Assembly (NCBI GenBank): GCA_964428935.1
Contig: CAYSAG010000036.1
Location: 3,000 to 26,999 of the forward strand
Direction of reading: 5' to 3'
Length of the DNA stretch: 24,000 nucleotides
DNA from: an uncultured Planctomycetaceae bacterium
Lineage (GTDB): Bacteria; Planctomycetota; Planctomycetia; Planctomycetales; Planctomycetaceae
Positions 23,302 to 24,000 of this stretch are shown in pieces. The notes beneath the pieces were generated by a model. The model saw only the letters and a list, made by a program, of their open reading frames with translations. It did no database searches and had not been told where the DNA came from. Position 1 is the stretch's first letter. Each line of letters begins with the position of its first letter. The translations under genes were made by a program, and so were the position numbers.

Positions 23302-24000
23302 TTAGTACCCGCCTCCGCCGTGGAAGAGCTTGCTCGTCTGGCCGCTCGAGACCGCCTGTCGGAGTCGGCGGGAACGGCTGTAGACGCCCGAGACGCTGCC
23401 AGACGACTCCCGCTCACCCACCGTCTCGTCCACGGCCGTGCTGCGGGCTCCCGCCTTCAGCGTGTACGCCTTCGTTTCGCCCGGCTTGTGCAGCCGTCGT
23501 TTCGGCTTGTAACCGATCCACGACAGGAAGTCGTTCAGGTTCACGATTCGCACGCCCTGCCGACGGGCTTCTTGAATCATGGCGTTCAAGTGCTTGCGAA
23601 TGTTCGCGTACTGGTCTTTCTGTTCCTTGGTCGCCGCGTCATTGATGTTCGGAATCTTGCCAATGACCAGGAACTTGGTTCGCAGGCTCAAGCCCGTCTG
23701 GCCCGACTCCTCGTCGAACTCGACGTACTGCTTCGGAAAGGCCGTGTAAAAGATTCGTCGTCCGTCGTCGAGCACTTCGTTGTCGATTTCGCCGCCGACA
23801 CTGGCAATCAAGTCGTGCAGGTCCTGCCGGTCGCTCACGCCGTCGCCGTCTAGGTCGATGATTCCCACGAACGAGAACACCTCGCTCCGCCCGGGACTCC
23901 ACAGCGGCGTGTAAATCGGGTCGCCCGGCAGAATCGGACGGTAAATGTCGTCGTCCAGGATTCGGCACACGGCCGAGTGGGCGTCGACCACGTTGATGAC
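23302..24000 (-). CDS. Conserved-looking hypothetical protein, C-terminal part only (frame stays open to the window edge), with one EF-hand/dockerin-like Ca-binding loop
   Basis: The frame is open from 24000 to stop 23302 with high GC3 and ordinary globular composition (...IYTPLWSPGRSEVFSFVGIIDLDGDGVSDRQDLHDLIASVGGEIDNEVLDDG...KFLVIGKIPN...ARRQGVRIVNLNDFLSWIGY...). The listed GTG at 23991 is probably internal. No family recognised. Confidence 0.7.
   Translation of the reverse strand, partial: VINVVDAHSAVCRILDDDIYRPILPGDPIYTPLWSPGRSEVFSFVGIIDLDGDGVSDRQDLHDLIASVGGEIDNEVLDDGRRIFYTAFPKQYVEFDEESGQTGLSLRTKFLVIGKIPNINDAATKEQKDQYANIRKHLNAMIQEARRQGVRIVNLNDFLSWIGYKPKRRLHKPGETKAYTLKAGARSTAVDETVGERESSGSVSGVYSRSRRLRQAVSSGQTSKLFHGGGGY

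Noticed and set aside
1-24000. A search by eye for CRISPR repeats, long direct or inverted repeats, transposase, integrase or recombinase motifs, rRNA/tRNA, and toxin-antitoxin or defence-system signatures.
   Set aside because: None was found. Only short GC-rich palindromes are present (for example GCCGGCCGGC at ~4932 and GGCCGGCC at ~10433), along with low-complexity codon repeats. The window looks like core chromosome and not an accessory island.

Overview
High-GC (roughly 62-65% by eye) chromosomal DNA with closely packed genes. Gene content suggests Planctomycetota: a PQQ-like beta-propeller starting NDWPQWRGP after its signal peptide, large LamG-containing secreted proteins, and membrane proteins with very long Ala/Ser/Pro/Gly-rich linkers. 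This taxon call is inference only. I can support 14 protein-coding genes: fumC, a small hypothetical, an orphan anti-sigma-like membrane protein, a LamG/GH42-like secreted protein, a PQQ-like propeller, an 854-aa low-complexity protein with a conserved C-terminal domain, a small lipoprotein, a class B PBP (FtsI-type), an FtsL-like protein, a 931-aa LysM protein, rsmH, a carboxylesterase-family hydrolase, a URO-D-family protein, and a 5'-truncated conserved hypothetical. I found no rRNA, tRNA, CRISPR array, transposase, integrase, or recognisable defence or toxin-antitoxin module. The most interesting feature is a reduced and rearranged mra/dcw operon, rsmH - giant LysM protein - FtsL-like - FtsI. 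It has no MraZ-like gene upstream and no mur/ftsW/ftsQAZ genes downstream. The LysM protein has an FtsN-like layout: membrane anchor, long disordered linker, C-terminal peptidoglycan-binding domains. Secondary points are a ~0.9 kb stretch without coding signal upstream of the orphan anti-sigma gene, and three genes sharing a 'TM anchor + long PAS-rich linker + C-terminal globular domain' layout. All functional calls come from reading motifs by eye; no database search was run.
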